A stretch of DNA of 33,117 bases, taken from positions 1 to 33,117 of the IMG/VR virus record IMGVR_UViG_2545824709_000011. One strand, written 5' to 3'. Under the pieces are notes generated by a model that made no database searches, was not told where the DNA came from, and was given only the letters and a program-made list of their open reading frames with translations. The position numbers were made by a program, and so were the translations under genes. Shown here piece after piece: positions 18,011 to 26,686 of the stretch. How positions within the stretch are numbered: position 1 is the first letter of the stretch; each line of letters begins with the position of its first letter. The stretch comes from a virus (Duplodnaviria; Heunggongvirae; Uroviricota; Caudoviricetes).

Positions 18011-18754
18011 TTAACTGGCTTTCTTTTTCGGGCGTCCACGTTTTGCCGGTGTCACGCTCCGGGTCTTACGCGGGGCGCGGGTGGCCGCTTTGGGCTGCGG
18101 CTCCGGCTTCGGTTTCAGCTCCCGCTCCAGTCGTTCAATCTCTTTTTTGACGCCTGCCTGACAGTCGAGCTGTGTCGCACGTTGCAGGTGAGCCAGCGCA
18201 CCGGCGGCATCACCAGCGTCACGCAGAAACAGACCGGTGATTTTGTGCAGCTTTGCGCGCACTTCATCAGGCATGTCTGCCGTGGCGGTCAGTGCAAGGG
18301 TCTCCGTCAGCAGGCGGGTATCCACAGACTCACCGGCAGCGTGGGCGCGCATGGCCGCGAGCGCCACCTCCTCGGTGAACATGTACGGCGGGGTGCGGCG
18401 GTGTTTACCCGGCATGGTCAGACCGTACTTCAGGGCATAACGGGCAATCTCCAGCGCACCGGCAATATCGCCGGTATCCAGACGCCACAGCATGACCGTC
18501 ATCAGAATGTCATCCTGTGCACCTTTGCCCTGCTCCAGCACGCCGTTCACCCACGGCAACCAGAACGGCAGCAGTTCGCGTTTTTTCGCGGCCTTCAGCT
18601 CTTTTGAATAAATCGCTTTCAGTGTGCGCTGGTCTGCGGCCAGCTTGACCAGCATCTGCTCATAGACAGTTGCATGTCGCAGCGGGGCGGCGTCCCGCTG
18701 CGCGGTCATCGCTGCCGAGACCCGCATCATGTGGCGCTGTGCGGGACTCGTCAT
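18011..18754 (-). CDS. M: Terminase small (endonuclease) subunit M
   Basis: 247-aa ORF with basic C-terminal tail; synteny N-M-L. Confidence 0.9.
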   Translation of the reverse strand: MTSPAQRHMMRVSAAMTAQRDAAPLRHATVYEQMLVKLAADQRTLKAIYSKELKAAKKRELLPFWLPWVNGVLEQGKGAQDDILMTVMLWRLDTGDIAGALEIARYALKYGLTMPGKHRRTPPYMFTEEVALAAMRAHAAGESVDTRLLTETLALTATADMPDEVRAKLHKITGLFLRDAGDAAGALAHLQRATQLDCQAGVKKEIERLERELKPKPEPQPKAATRAPRKTRSVTPAKRGRPKKKAS

Positions 18755-18757
18755 CGG

Positions 18758-19831
18758 TTACGCTCCCGGCTCTGCGGTCGCTTTAGCCAGTGTGGAGAAA
18801 TCACCGACCTTAATTTTTTCCACCAGACAACCGGCGGCGTAGTCTTCCACCACGTAATCAATGTTCATTGACTCGTAGTTCTCCACGCGGTCGAGTTTCG
18901 GGTTTTCCTCAATCACGCGGCGATGGCTGTCATCCATGTAGTAGATGGACAGGTTTTCCAGCTTTGTGATGAGCATCGCATCCGCCGGGAAGTACGGGAC
19001 GCGTACCGCCGGCAGGTTACCGATGCGTTTCTGGCTGATGATGACGTCAGCGGCCAGCATTTCGCTGTTGTCCTGCTCCTTGTTGACGATGGGAAAATAC
19101 TTGTCCGCCAGTAGCTGACGTCCCACAATCACCACAAGGTCAGGGTCTTCCTGATACCACGGCTCAATCAGGTTGTTGGTCGCATCCATCACCAGTGCGT
19201 CAAGGCTGGCATAATCACCGCCCTTACCCACGCGGATAACCTCAGAGGTGGTGTGCCCTTCCTCGTCAGTGACCTTGCTCATCACGCGCGCCGGGGCTTC
19301 ATTGCGGTATTTCTGCAGCCAGCCGACCGCCACATCCTGCAGCATCGGATTGCTGCTGCGGTCAGAGGTTTCGGCACGCCTCACGCCGTTAAAACCGGCC
19401 ATGATTAAATCAAGGGACTGGCGTTTGATAATGGCGTTACGGACACGGAGCTGGAAATCCTGATAACGCGCCCACAGGTCCAGCGTTTTGTAGCGGATAT
19501 AAAAATCGAAGTTAATCTGGTCGCATTCGTACTTGTTTGACGCCAGCTTCGAGAAGTCCTTCGGCTGACGCTCGGTGCCACCGGCGGTGTCTGTGGTGCT
19601 GGCGATGGAGCCGGTGACACCAATACCAATTTTTTCCCCTTTCATTTCGCTGACCGGCACAATGTTGATGCGGGTCAGAAAGTCAGAGGACTCCTGCATG
19701 GTGTTCATCAGGGTCTGGGTGACCGACGGTTCAACGGTGAATTTTTTCGACACATCACCGGCGTCGATGCCGTTCAGTTCGGCAACACGGGACAGGTAGG
19801 CATTAAATTTAAAGCGGGTTTCCTGGCGCAT
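18758..19831 (-). CDS. N: Major capsid protein N
   Basis: 357-aa ORF; synteny O-N-M. Confidence 0.9.
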   Translation of the reverse strand: MRQETRFKFNAYLSRVAELNGIDAGDVSKKFTVEPSVTQTLMNTMQESSDFLTRINIVPVSEMKGEKIGIGVTGSIASTTDTAGGTERQPKDFSKLASNKYECDQINFDFYIRYKTLDLWARYQDFQLRVRNAIIKRQSLDLIMAGFNGVRRAETSDRSSNPMLQDVAVGWLQKYRNEAPARVMSKVTDEEGHTTSEVIRVGKGGDYASLDALVMDATNNLIEPWYQEDPDLVVIVGRQLLADKYFPIVNKEQDNSEMLAADVIISQKRIGNLPAVRVPYFPADAMLITKLENLSIYYMDDSHRRVIEENPKLDRVENYESMNIDYVVEDYAAGCLVEKIKVGDFSTLAKATAEPGA

Positions 19832-19889
19832 AGTTTTTCCTGAAATTAAGGGTTAATCGTGAAGGTTTTCCCGGACTGGCTGACGCCGG

Positions 19890-20744
19890 TCAGCAGTTCG
19901 TCATCAGGGCGTCACCGCCACCACCGGTGGCCTTGCTGCGGCGCTGCTGGGTCAGACTTTCGGTGTGGTCGAGACTGTTTTTCAGGCGGGTGAATGCCTG
20001 GCTGGTTTCATCCGCCCTGTCAGTCACCTCCTGCTTAAGAGCGGAAAAGGCAGCTTCCATCTCAGCGAGGCGCTGCTCAGTGGCGCTCAGTTTTTCCTGC
20101 ACATGTTCAGCAACAGCGGTCACCGCTTCATGCATGTCATTCAGACGGGCGTCATCGCTGGCCTGTTTGCGGCCAAAAATGGATTTCACCTTTTCGGTCA
20201 GGGCGGTGAACACGGTTTCAGGCAGGTCTTCAAATTCCAGCTCAACGGGCGTTGCCACTGAAATCAGGTTTTCAGGGCTTAATTTGAAGCGGTTCAGAGG
20301 GTTGTGTTTTGCCGTGCGGCAGAATTCCAGGTATTCCGTGCCGAGGCTTGCCGGGTCATCGGTGACGGCCAGCCCCACCAGATAACATTTGCCGGTATTG
20401 GCAAAGTTCGGCTGAATTTCCATTGAGGTATAGACCTTCTGCGCGGCCTTGTTCATCGCGATAAGGTCATCGGTCGGGGTGATTTTCGCAAACAGCGCCC
20501 ATTTGCCTTTCAGCGCCGAATCATCGTCAATCTTTTCGGCCTTCAGTTCGGCCACATCGCCATAACGCTTAAAAATACCGTCAGGCAAGATGCCACGCAG
20601 ATGTTCCAGGTTAATGCGGCAACCATAGACTCGCGGGTCAAAGGTTTCGGCCATTTCCTGAATATCCTGCGCACTGATGACACGCCCGTCACAGGTGTCA
20701 CCCTCAACGCCGATACGAAAGAATTTTGAGACTTTTTTTGCCAT
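19890..20744 (-). CDS. O: Capsid scaffolding protein O
   Basis: 284-aa product starting MAKKVSKFFRIGVEGDTCDGRVISAQD; ATG at 20744 chosen over the 306-aa track start. Confidence 0.85.
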   Translation of the reverse strand: MAKKVSKFFRIGVEGDTCDGRVISAQDIQEMAETFDPRVYGCRINLEHLRGILPDGIFKRYGDVAELKAEKIDDDSALKGKWALFAKITPTDDLIAMNKAAQKVYTSMEIQPNFANTGKCYLVGLAVTDDPASLGTEYLEFCRTAKHNPLNRFKLSPENLISVATPVELEFEDLPETVFTALTEKVKSIFGRKQASDDARLNDMHEAVTAVAEHVQEKLSATEQRLAEMEAAFSALKQEVTDRADETSQAFTRLKNSLDHTESLTQQRRSKATGGGGDALMTNC

Positions 20745-20917
20745 TGTCAGGAGTCCTGAATAGTGATTAGAGGAGTCACATGTCGGCATCAGTTTCCCGA
20801 CGATGCGCATCCTCCGCCATCAGTCCCGGATGGCTTATCACTGACACAACAGCACCTTAGCGAATCGCAGGGCGCGACTCAGTAGCCTTGCCGTGTATTC
20901 ATCACGGCGAGGTATTC

Positions 20918-22690
20918 ATGACCATCACCACAGACACCACTCTTTTACACGATCCGCGTCGTCAGGCGGCGCTGCTGTACTGGCAGGGGTTTTCCGTGCC
21001 GCAGATTGCCGCCATGTTGCAGATGAAACGCCCGACGGTGCAGAGCTGGAAACAGCGCGACGGCTGGGACAGCGTTGCCCCCATCAGCCGTGTCGAAATG
21101 AGTCTGGAAGCGCGGCTGACCCAGCTCATCATCAAACCGCAGAAAACCGGCGGTGACTTCAAGGAAATTGACCTGCTCGGACGCCAGATTGAACGGCTGG
21201 CACGGGTCAACCGTTACAGCCAGACCGGCAACGAGGCAGACCTTAATCCGAACGTCGCTAACCGCAACAAAGGCGGGCGTCGCAAACCGAAAAAGAATTT
21301 TTTCAGTGACGAGGCCATCGAAAAGCTGGAGCAGATTTTCTTTGAGCAGTCTTTCGAATATCAGTTGCACTGGTATCGCGCCGGGCTTGAGCACCGCATC
21401 CGCGATATCCTGAAATCCCGCCAGATTGGCGCAACGTATTATTTTTCCCGCGAGGCGCTGCTGCGCGCCCTGAAAACCGGTCATAACCAGATTTTTCTGT
21501 CAGCCAGTAAAACGCAGGCGTATGTGTTCCGCGAATACATCATCGCCTTTGCCCGTCTGGTTGACGTTGACCTGACCGGTGACCCGATTGTCCTGGGCAA
21601 TAACGGCGCAAAACTGATTTTTCTCGGCACCAACTCCAACACCGCACAGAGCCATAACGGCGACCTGTACGTCGACGAGATTTTCTGGATCCCGAATTTT
21701 CAGGTACTGCGTAAGGTGGCATCAGGTATGGCCTCACAGAGTCACCTGCGCTCGACCTATTTCTCCACCCCGTCCACGCTGGCGCACGACGCCTACCCGT
21801 TCTGGTCGGGTGAACTGTTCAACCGGGGACGCGCCAGCGCCGCCGAACGTGTGGAAATCGACGTCAGTCATAACGCCCTTGCCGGTGGGCTTCTCTGTGC
21901 GGACGGCCAGTGGCGGCAGATTGTCACCATTGAGGACGCCCTGAAAGGTGGCTGCACGCTGTTCGACATTGAGCAGCTTAAACGCGAAAACAGCGCCGAC
22001 GATTTTAAAAACCTGTTCATGTGTGAATTTGTTGACGACAAGGCGTCGGTGTTCCCGTTCGAGGAGCTGCAACGCTGCATGGTCGACACGCTGGAAGAAT
22101 GGGAAGACTATGCGCCGTTTGCCGCGAATCCGTTCGGCTCCCGCCCGGTCTGGATTGGTTACGACCCGTCACACCGTGGCGACAGCGCCGGATGCGTGGT
22201 ACTGGCACCGCCGGTAGTGGCCGGAGGCAAATTCAGAATACTTGAGCGTCACCAGTGGAAAGGCATGGACTTTGCCACCCAGGCGGAATCCATCCGCAAA
22301 CTCACCGAAAAATATAACGTCGAATACATCGGTATTGATGCCACCGGCCTCGGTGTCGGCGTGTTCCAGCTCGTGCGCTCGTTCTATCCCGCCGCGCGCG
22401 ATATCCGCTACACACCGGAAATGAAAACCGCAATGGTGCTCAAGGCAAAAGACGTTATCCGTCGTGGCTGTCTGGAATATGACGTCAGCGCCACCGACAT
22501 CACCAGCTCGTTTATGGCTATCCGCAAGACCATGACCAGCAGCGGACGCAGCGCCACCTATGAGGCCAGCCGCAGCGAGGAAGCCAGCCACGCCGACCTC
22601 GCCTGGGCGACCATGCACGCCCTGTTAAATGAGCCACTCACCGCCGGTATCAGCACCCCGCTGACATCCACCATTCTGGAGTTTTACTGA
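20918..22690 (+). CDS. P: Terminase large (ATPase) subunit P
   Basis: 590-aa product starting MTITTDTTLLHDPRRQAALLYWQGF; divergent from O; ATG at 20918 chosen over the track start at 20888. Confidence 0.9.
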   Translation: MTITTDTTLLHDPRRQAALLYWQGFSVPQIAAMLQMKRPTVQSWKQRDGWDSVAPISRVEMSLEARLTQLIIKPQKTGGDFKEIDLLGRQIERLARVNRYSQTGNEADLNPNVANRNKGGRRKPKKNFFSDEAIEKLEQIFFEQSFEYQLHWYRAGLEHRIRDILKSRQIGATYYFSREALLRALKTGHNQIFLSASKTQAYVFREYIIAFARLVDVDLTGDPIVLGNNGAKLIFLGTNSNTAQSHNGDLYVDEIFWIPNFQVLRKVASGMASQSHLRSTYFSTPSTLAHDAYPFWSGELFNRGRASAAERVEIDVSHNALAGGLLCADGQWRQIVTIEDALKGGCTLFDIEQLKRENSADDFKNLFMCEFVDDKASVFPFEELQRCMVDTLEEWEDYAPFAANPFGSRPVWIGYDPSHRGDSAGCVVLAPPVVAGGKFRILERHQWKGMDFATQAESIRKLTEKYNVEYIGIDATGLGVGVFQLVRSFYPAARDIRYTPEMKTAMVLKAKDVIRRGCLEYDVSATDITSSFMAIRKTMTSSGRSATYEASRSEEASHADLAWATMHALLNEPLTAGISTPLTSTILEFY

Positions 22691-23709
22691 TGAGCAAGAA
22701 AAAAGGGAAAACACCGCAACCTGCGGCAAAAAAAATGACCGCCAGCGCCCCGAAAATGGAGGCATTCACCTTTGGTGAGCCGGTGCCGGTACTCGACCGC
22801 CGTGACATTCTGGATTACGTCGAGTGCATCAGTAACGGCAGATGGTATGAGCCACCGGTCAGCTTTACCGGTCTGGCAAAAAGCCTGCGTGCTGCCGTGC
22901 ATCACAGCTCACCGATTTACGTCAAACGTAATATTCTGGCTTCAACGTTTATCCCGCACCCGTGGCTTTCCCAGCAGGATTTCAGCCGCTTTGTGCTGGA
23001 TTTTCTGGTGTTCGGTAATGCGTTTCTGGAAAAGCGATACAGCACCACCGGTAAGGTCATCAGACTGGAAACCTCACCGGCAAAATTTACCCGCCGTGGT
23101 GTGGAAGAGGATGTTTACTGGTGGGTGCCGTCCTTCAACGAGCCGACACCTTTCACGCCCGGCTCCGTGTTTCACCTGCTGGAGCCGGATATTAATCAGG
23201 AGCTGTACGGCCTGCCGGAATATCTCAGCGCCCTTAACTCTGCCTGGCTGAATGAGTCGGCCACGCTGTTCCGCCGCAAGTATTACGAAAATGGCGCTCA
23301 TGCCGGATATATCATGTACGTCACCGATGCCGTGCAGGACCGCAACGATATCGAAATGCTTCGCGAAAACATGGTCAAGTCGAAAGGCCGCAACAACTTT
23401 AAAAATCTGTTTCTCTATGCCCCACAGGGAAAAGCCGACGGCATTAAAATTATCCCGCTCAGTGAAGTGGCGACGAAGGACGATTTTTTTAATATCAAAA
23501 AAGCCAGCGCGGAAGATCTAATGAGTGCCCATCGAGTCCCCCCGCAAATGATGGGGATGATGCCTAATAATGCGGGAGGATTTGGCGATGTAGTTAAAGC
23601 GGCTAAAGTTTTTGTCAGGAATGAGTTAGGGCATCTACAATCGCGAATGAAGGAATTGAACTCATGGATAGGTGAAACAGTTATAACATTTAACAATTAC
23701 TCGTTATAA
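22690..23709 (+). CDS. Q: Portal protein Q
   Basis: 339-aa ORF; start overlaps the P stop (TGATG); last gene before the cos region. Confidence 0.9.
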   Translation: MSKKKGKTPQPAAKKMTASAPKMEAFTFGEPVPVLDRRDILDYVECISNGRWYEPPVSFTGLAKSLRAAVHHSSPIYVKRNILASTFIPHPWLSQQDFSRFVLDFLVFGNAFLEKRYSTTGKVIRLETSPAKFTRRGVEEDVYWWVPSFNEPTPFTPGSVFHLLEPDINQELYGLPEYLSALNSAWLNESATLFRRKYYENGAHAGYIMYVTDAVQDRNDIEMLRENMVKSKGRNNFKNLFLYAPQGKADGIKIIPLSEVATKDDFFNIKKASAEDLMSAHRVPPQMMGMMPNNAGGFGDVVKAAKVFVRNELGHLQSRMKELNSWIGETVITFNNYSL

Positions 23710-23715
23710 ACCCTG

Positions 23716-23739
23716 CAGGCTTTGGCTCACCAAAGCCTG
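23716..23739. terminator. Perfect 10-bp stem-loop between convergent Q and cargo operon (possible bidirectional terminator)
   Basis: CAGGCTTTGG-CTCA-CCAAAGCCTG lies exactly between the two convergent stop codons; weak U-tract on both sides. Confidence 0.45.
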
Positions 23740-23744
23740 TAAGA

Positions 23745-24362
23745 TCAAGCAGATAGGCAAAACGTTTCTGTTTGCCCCAAGTGTTCAAACACAGTAATCG
23801 ATGTTACTTTTCCGGCACTTATTTTGTTAAGGAACTTCAATATTTGTTGAGGCTCCTCCATGACTGCTGTTTTCTTGATTATAAATCCCTCAAGATTTTT
23901 CAAGCTGTATCGCTGACTTGAGTTCTCAAGAGCAGCAATCATTGCCGAACTGCGCATATCTCTATGTCCACTAGCTCTACAAACGACAGCATAATTTAAA
24001 TTAAGCTCTACAAAATTTTGCCTTGTCAACTCTGGAAGGTGTTTACATACAAAATGAAATAAAGTCGTAACACCTTCATGTATTTTCAACCTTATATCAT
24101 CCTTTTGTGAACGTCCTTCTTTAAATTCAATGAAGTACAATTTATCTTCATATAAAAATAAAGCATCCGGTGATTTTTCTTTAAACTCACGCTTATAAAC
24201 AGGCGAGCAATTTAACACCGTATCATAGTTAAAGCCCTTCGAATCACAAATAATAAAATTCCGAGCCCCTGCATCATTGTAGCTTAATCCGGTTACATCA
24301 ACCATTGAATCAGGGTATACTTCACACAGTTTTCTAAAAACAAGTTCCTCATTAGAAATCAT
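23745..24362 (-). CDS. Hypothetical 205-aa partner protein of the ATPase (candidate defence effector)
   Basis: ORF overlaps the upstream ATPase gene by 11 nt; AGGAG ribosome-binding site 8 nt upstream; AT-rich; contains a D...E-x-K-like stretch (LFLYEDKLYFIEFKEG) but no motif I can assign with confidence. Confidence 0.6.
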   Translation of the reverse strand: MISNEELVFRKLCEVYPDSMVDVTGLSYNDAGARNFIICDSKGFNYDTVLNCSPVYKREFKEKSPDALFLYEDKLYFIEFKEGRSQKDDIRLKIHEGVTTLFHFVCKHLPELTRQNFVELNLNYAVVCRASGHRDMRSSAMIAALENSSQRYSLKNLEGFIIKKTAVMEEPQQILKFLNKISAGKVTSITVFEHLGQTETFCLSA

Positions 24363-25680
24363 CCAAATACTCCTGATTCAATTCTTTTAATGGTGATGCC
24401 AAAAGATTAATTGCATATGCAACATTATCAGTAATATCAACAAAAGATGTAAACTCTTCCCCAGGGAATCGCTCGCTTATATAGAACCGATTTTCAATCC
24501 CAATTTTATCGCTATAATGTTTAAGAGCATCAATAATATACGGGCTATGTGTTGTAATTATTATATCAACCCCCATAGACACTAACTCACAAATAATCTC
24601 AGCATAGAAAACCTGCCATTTTGGATGTAAGTTCACCTCTGGCTCATCAATAATCAGTAACGAGTTATCTACTGCTGCCCCGCACTTAACAAGCATATCA
24701 AGAATACCTAAAGACTTTATTCCTGACGCAATATTACCCGATGTGACTTTATAGCCTTGCTTCTCTAGAAAAAAATCATTCTTTTCAATATCATAAACCA
24801 CTTCACCACAGAAAGTAGCATTGATTTTGTTAGATATACGCAGTGACTCTTTTAAAAATGAGCCATCATCAAAAATATCCGAATGCACAAATAAATTATA
24901 AACTGAATCGCTTAATTTTATTGATAGATCTTTCACATGCAATGGAACAGTTAGACGTCCTGATTCACCATTACTATCAAATAAAGTTTTAGCAAAACGA
25001 ACCAAATTATGAAATTGCATAATACTTGGAGAGTCAACATAGGTTGCGTCGACATATCCTAAACCATCAGTATAATCAAATTGTGATATACCATCTTTAG
25101 TCCATTTAATATCAATTAACTGACTAACACCATCAACAACTTCCAGAGATGCTTTAACTGGATTTTGATTACCCTTCTGAATAATTTCGCCTCTAAATTC
25201 AGAGTAAAAGGCCTTACGCAGAGCACGGTTGATAGCAGATAGCTCATCATCTGGCTCAAGCATTATATCTCTGATTTTTCTTATATCAGAGAGTACAGAA
25301 TCAGCCATCAATTCTGGAAGAAGCCCTTCCTCAATCAAATTATATAGATAACTCTCTCTCTCAGCCAAAGTTTTAGAGATATCTATTTTTAGAGAGGCAT
25401 AAAACTTTCTTGGATTGAATAACTCTCTAATTTCCGGCGTAGCAGCAATATTAATCCTCCTACGCAGATTAAAATATATTTTCTCTACGATAGATGTAAT
25501 TCTATCCTCTTTGTCTTCTTCTAAATCCTCTTGATAACGAGATATCGCCTTTACCATTGAAAACAATATTTTCCCTACGGTACTCTTCCCCGTATCATTT
25601 TCACCAGTTATGACAGTTAAACCACCAACTGAAACATCAGCTTCTGCAATAGTTCCAAAATTATTAATTTTTATACGCAT
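24352..25680 (-). CDS. ABC/OLD-family (AAA_15/AAA_21-like) ATPase, 442 aa (candidate defence ATPase)
   Basis: Walker A GENDTGKST near the N-terminus; long helical insert; C-terminal Walker B/D-loop LLIIDEPEVNLHP and H-loop IIITTHSP; AT-rich cargo between Q and cos. Confidence 0.7.
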   Translation of the reverse strand: MRIKINNFGTIAEADVSVGGLTVITGENDTGKSTVGKILFSMVKAISRYQEDLEEDKEDRITSIVEKIYFNLRRRINIAATPEIRELFNPRKFYASLKIDISKTLAERESYLYNLIEEGLLPELMADSVLSDIRKIRDIMLEPDDELSAINRALRKAFYSEFRGEIIQKGNQNPVKASLEVVDGVSQLIDIKWTKDGISQFDYTDGLGYVDATYVDSPSIMQFHNLVRFAKTLFDSNGESGRLTVPLHVKDLSIKLSDSVYNLFVHSDIFDDGSFLKESLRISNKINATFCGEVVYDIEKNDFFLEKQGYKVTSGNIASGIKSLGILDMLVKCGAAVDNSLLIIDEPEVNLHPKWQVFYAEIICELVSMGVDIIITTHSPYIIDALKHYSDKIGIENRFYISERFPGEEFTSFVDITDNVAYAINLLASPLKELNQEYLDDF

Positions 25681-25773
25681 AAACTATCTCACTGTACGCC
25701 AGATATCCAACCTTATGAATACTTTAGCATATTTCCAAAAAGATGACACTGGTGGTTGCAGGCCTCGCGCGCA

Positions 25774-25792
25774 GTGCTTTCCCCGCCTCGCC
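25774..25792. other. cos site (19-nt cohesive end sequence, reverse complement of GGCGAGGCGGGGAAAGCAC)
   Basis: Plus strand reads GTGCTTTCCCCGCCTCGCC, preceded by GCGCGCA; matches the P2 left cohesive end as I recall it. Confidence 0.8.
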
Positions 25793-26077
25793 CGCCCGCT
25801 TCACGGGGCGGTTTTAATGCAGTTGCATAGATACTATGGATCCGCACCAGTCCTGACCGCACGCAGCCTGAACGGACATCCCCAGCGCATGCAAAAACAT
25901 TCACTTGTTGCATGCATAGCTTTTTAAGTACGCCATACCGCAACTGTACATTTTTAAGCAATTGGCAACTTTAAAAAATTTACATTGCTTTCAAGACCTT
26001 ATCATCCGTAGTCTCTGTTTTTTACTTTGAGCTACATCAATAAAATCTCAAACATGTTTAATGCAAAGCCCTTGTTA

Positions 26078-26130
26078 CACAACATAGAATGTATGTCTAG
26101 AAACAACGACATACTATATGTTGTGTTTTT
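26078..26130 (+). terminator. Imperfect long hairpin followed by TTTTT (terminator-like or regulatory RNA structure)
   Basis: CACAACATA-GAATGTATGTC ... GACATAC-TATATGTTGTG then TTTTT. Confidence 0.4.
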
Positions 26131-26270
26131 CCGGCTCTCTGTTCGGTGATATGCCAAATCACTTTGCGTTTAAACAGAGCATTATTTCAGGGCAAGACTT
26201 CGCTCAAAAGTCATTCCACCTAAGAAGCGCATATACCGGTGGAAGTTGCCCTCTACTTACAGGAGGCAAT

Positions 26271-26384
26271 ATGAAGAAATGCTATTACTGCATTCTCGTT
26301 CTGGCCCTCTTTGGCTATCCAAACGGTAGTCCGAGTGGTTTGTCAGTAAACGTCAGTAATATCAATGTCAGCATTATGCTTTAA
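26271..26384 (+). CDS. Small hydrophobic peptide (37 aa), hypothetical
   Basis: ATG preceded by consensus AGGAGG with 4-nt spacer; product MKKCYYCILVLALFGYPNGSPSGLSVNVSNINVSIML; strong terminator directly downstream; internal start preferred over the 88-aa track ORF. Confidence 0.45.
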   Translation: MKKCYYCILVLALFGYPNGSPSGLSVNVSNINVSIML

Positions 26385-26395
26385 TATGCTTCAAA

Positions 26396-26427
26396 CAAAA
26401 AAACCACCTGCCAGGGTGGTTTTTTTG
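26396..26427. terminator. Bidirectional rho-independent terminator (A-tract, hairpin, T-tract)
   Basis: AAAAAAACCACC-TGCCAG-GGTGGTTTTTTT; serves the small plus-strand ORF and, on the minus strand, lies about 260 bp past the gene A stop. Confidence 0.75.
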
Positions 26428-26686
26428 CGCCCATCATCAATACGATGAAAGACTGACAAGACTTCGCTCAAGACGAATTATGCGTCGACATAAGGTTACC
26501 CGCAATGATTTTATTAGACTAAATGGATGGCCTTTTATGACCCGGATCAAACGGCTGTCCTTACCGACATGCTAGTCACTCAATAGCATTTAGCCTTCTA
26601 ATTCAGCATGCTATTGACCTTCTGCTGCCCCATAACTGCTCCGCATAAGCCATTCAATGCCATATCAAATCACGTTGTGTTTTTAC

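Noticed and set aside
23745-25680. Assigning the ATPase/partner pair to one named defence system (PARIS, Septu or AbiL)
   Set aside because: By eye the partner length (205 aa) and motifs fit none of them unambiguously, and no HMM search could be run; left as an unnamed candidate rather than a specific call.
25713-25961. 82-aa minus-strand ORF spanning the cos site
   Set aside because: It overlaps the cohesive-end sequence itself and has a GC-rich, low-complexity translation; the cos region is expected to be non-coding.
26118-26384. 88-aa version of the small plus-strand ORF
   Set aside because: The upstream start lies inside the hairpin at 26078-26130 and lacks a ribosome-binding site; the internal ATG at 26271 has a consensus AGGAGG, so only the 37-aa form is proposed.
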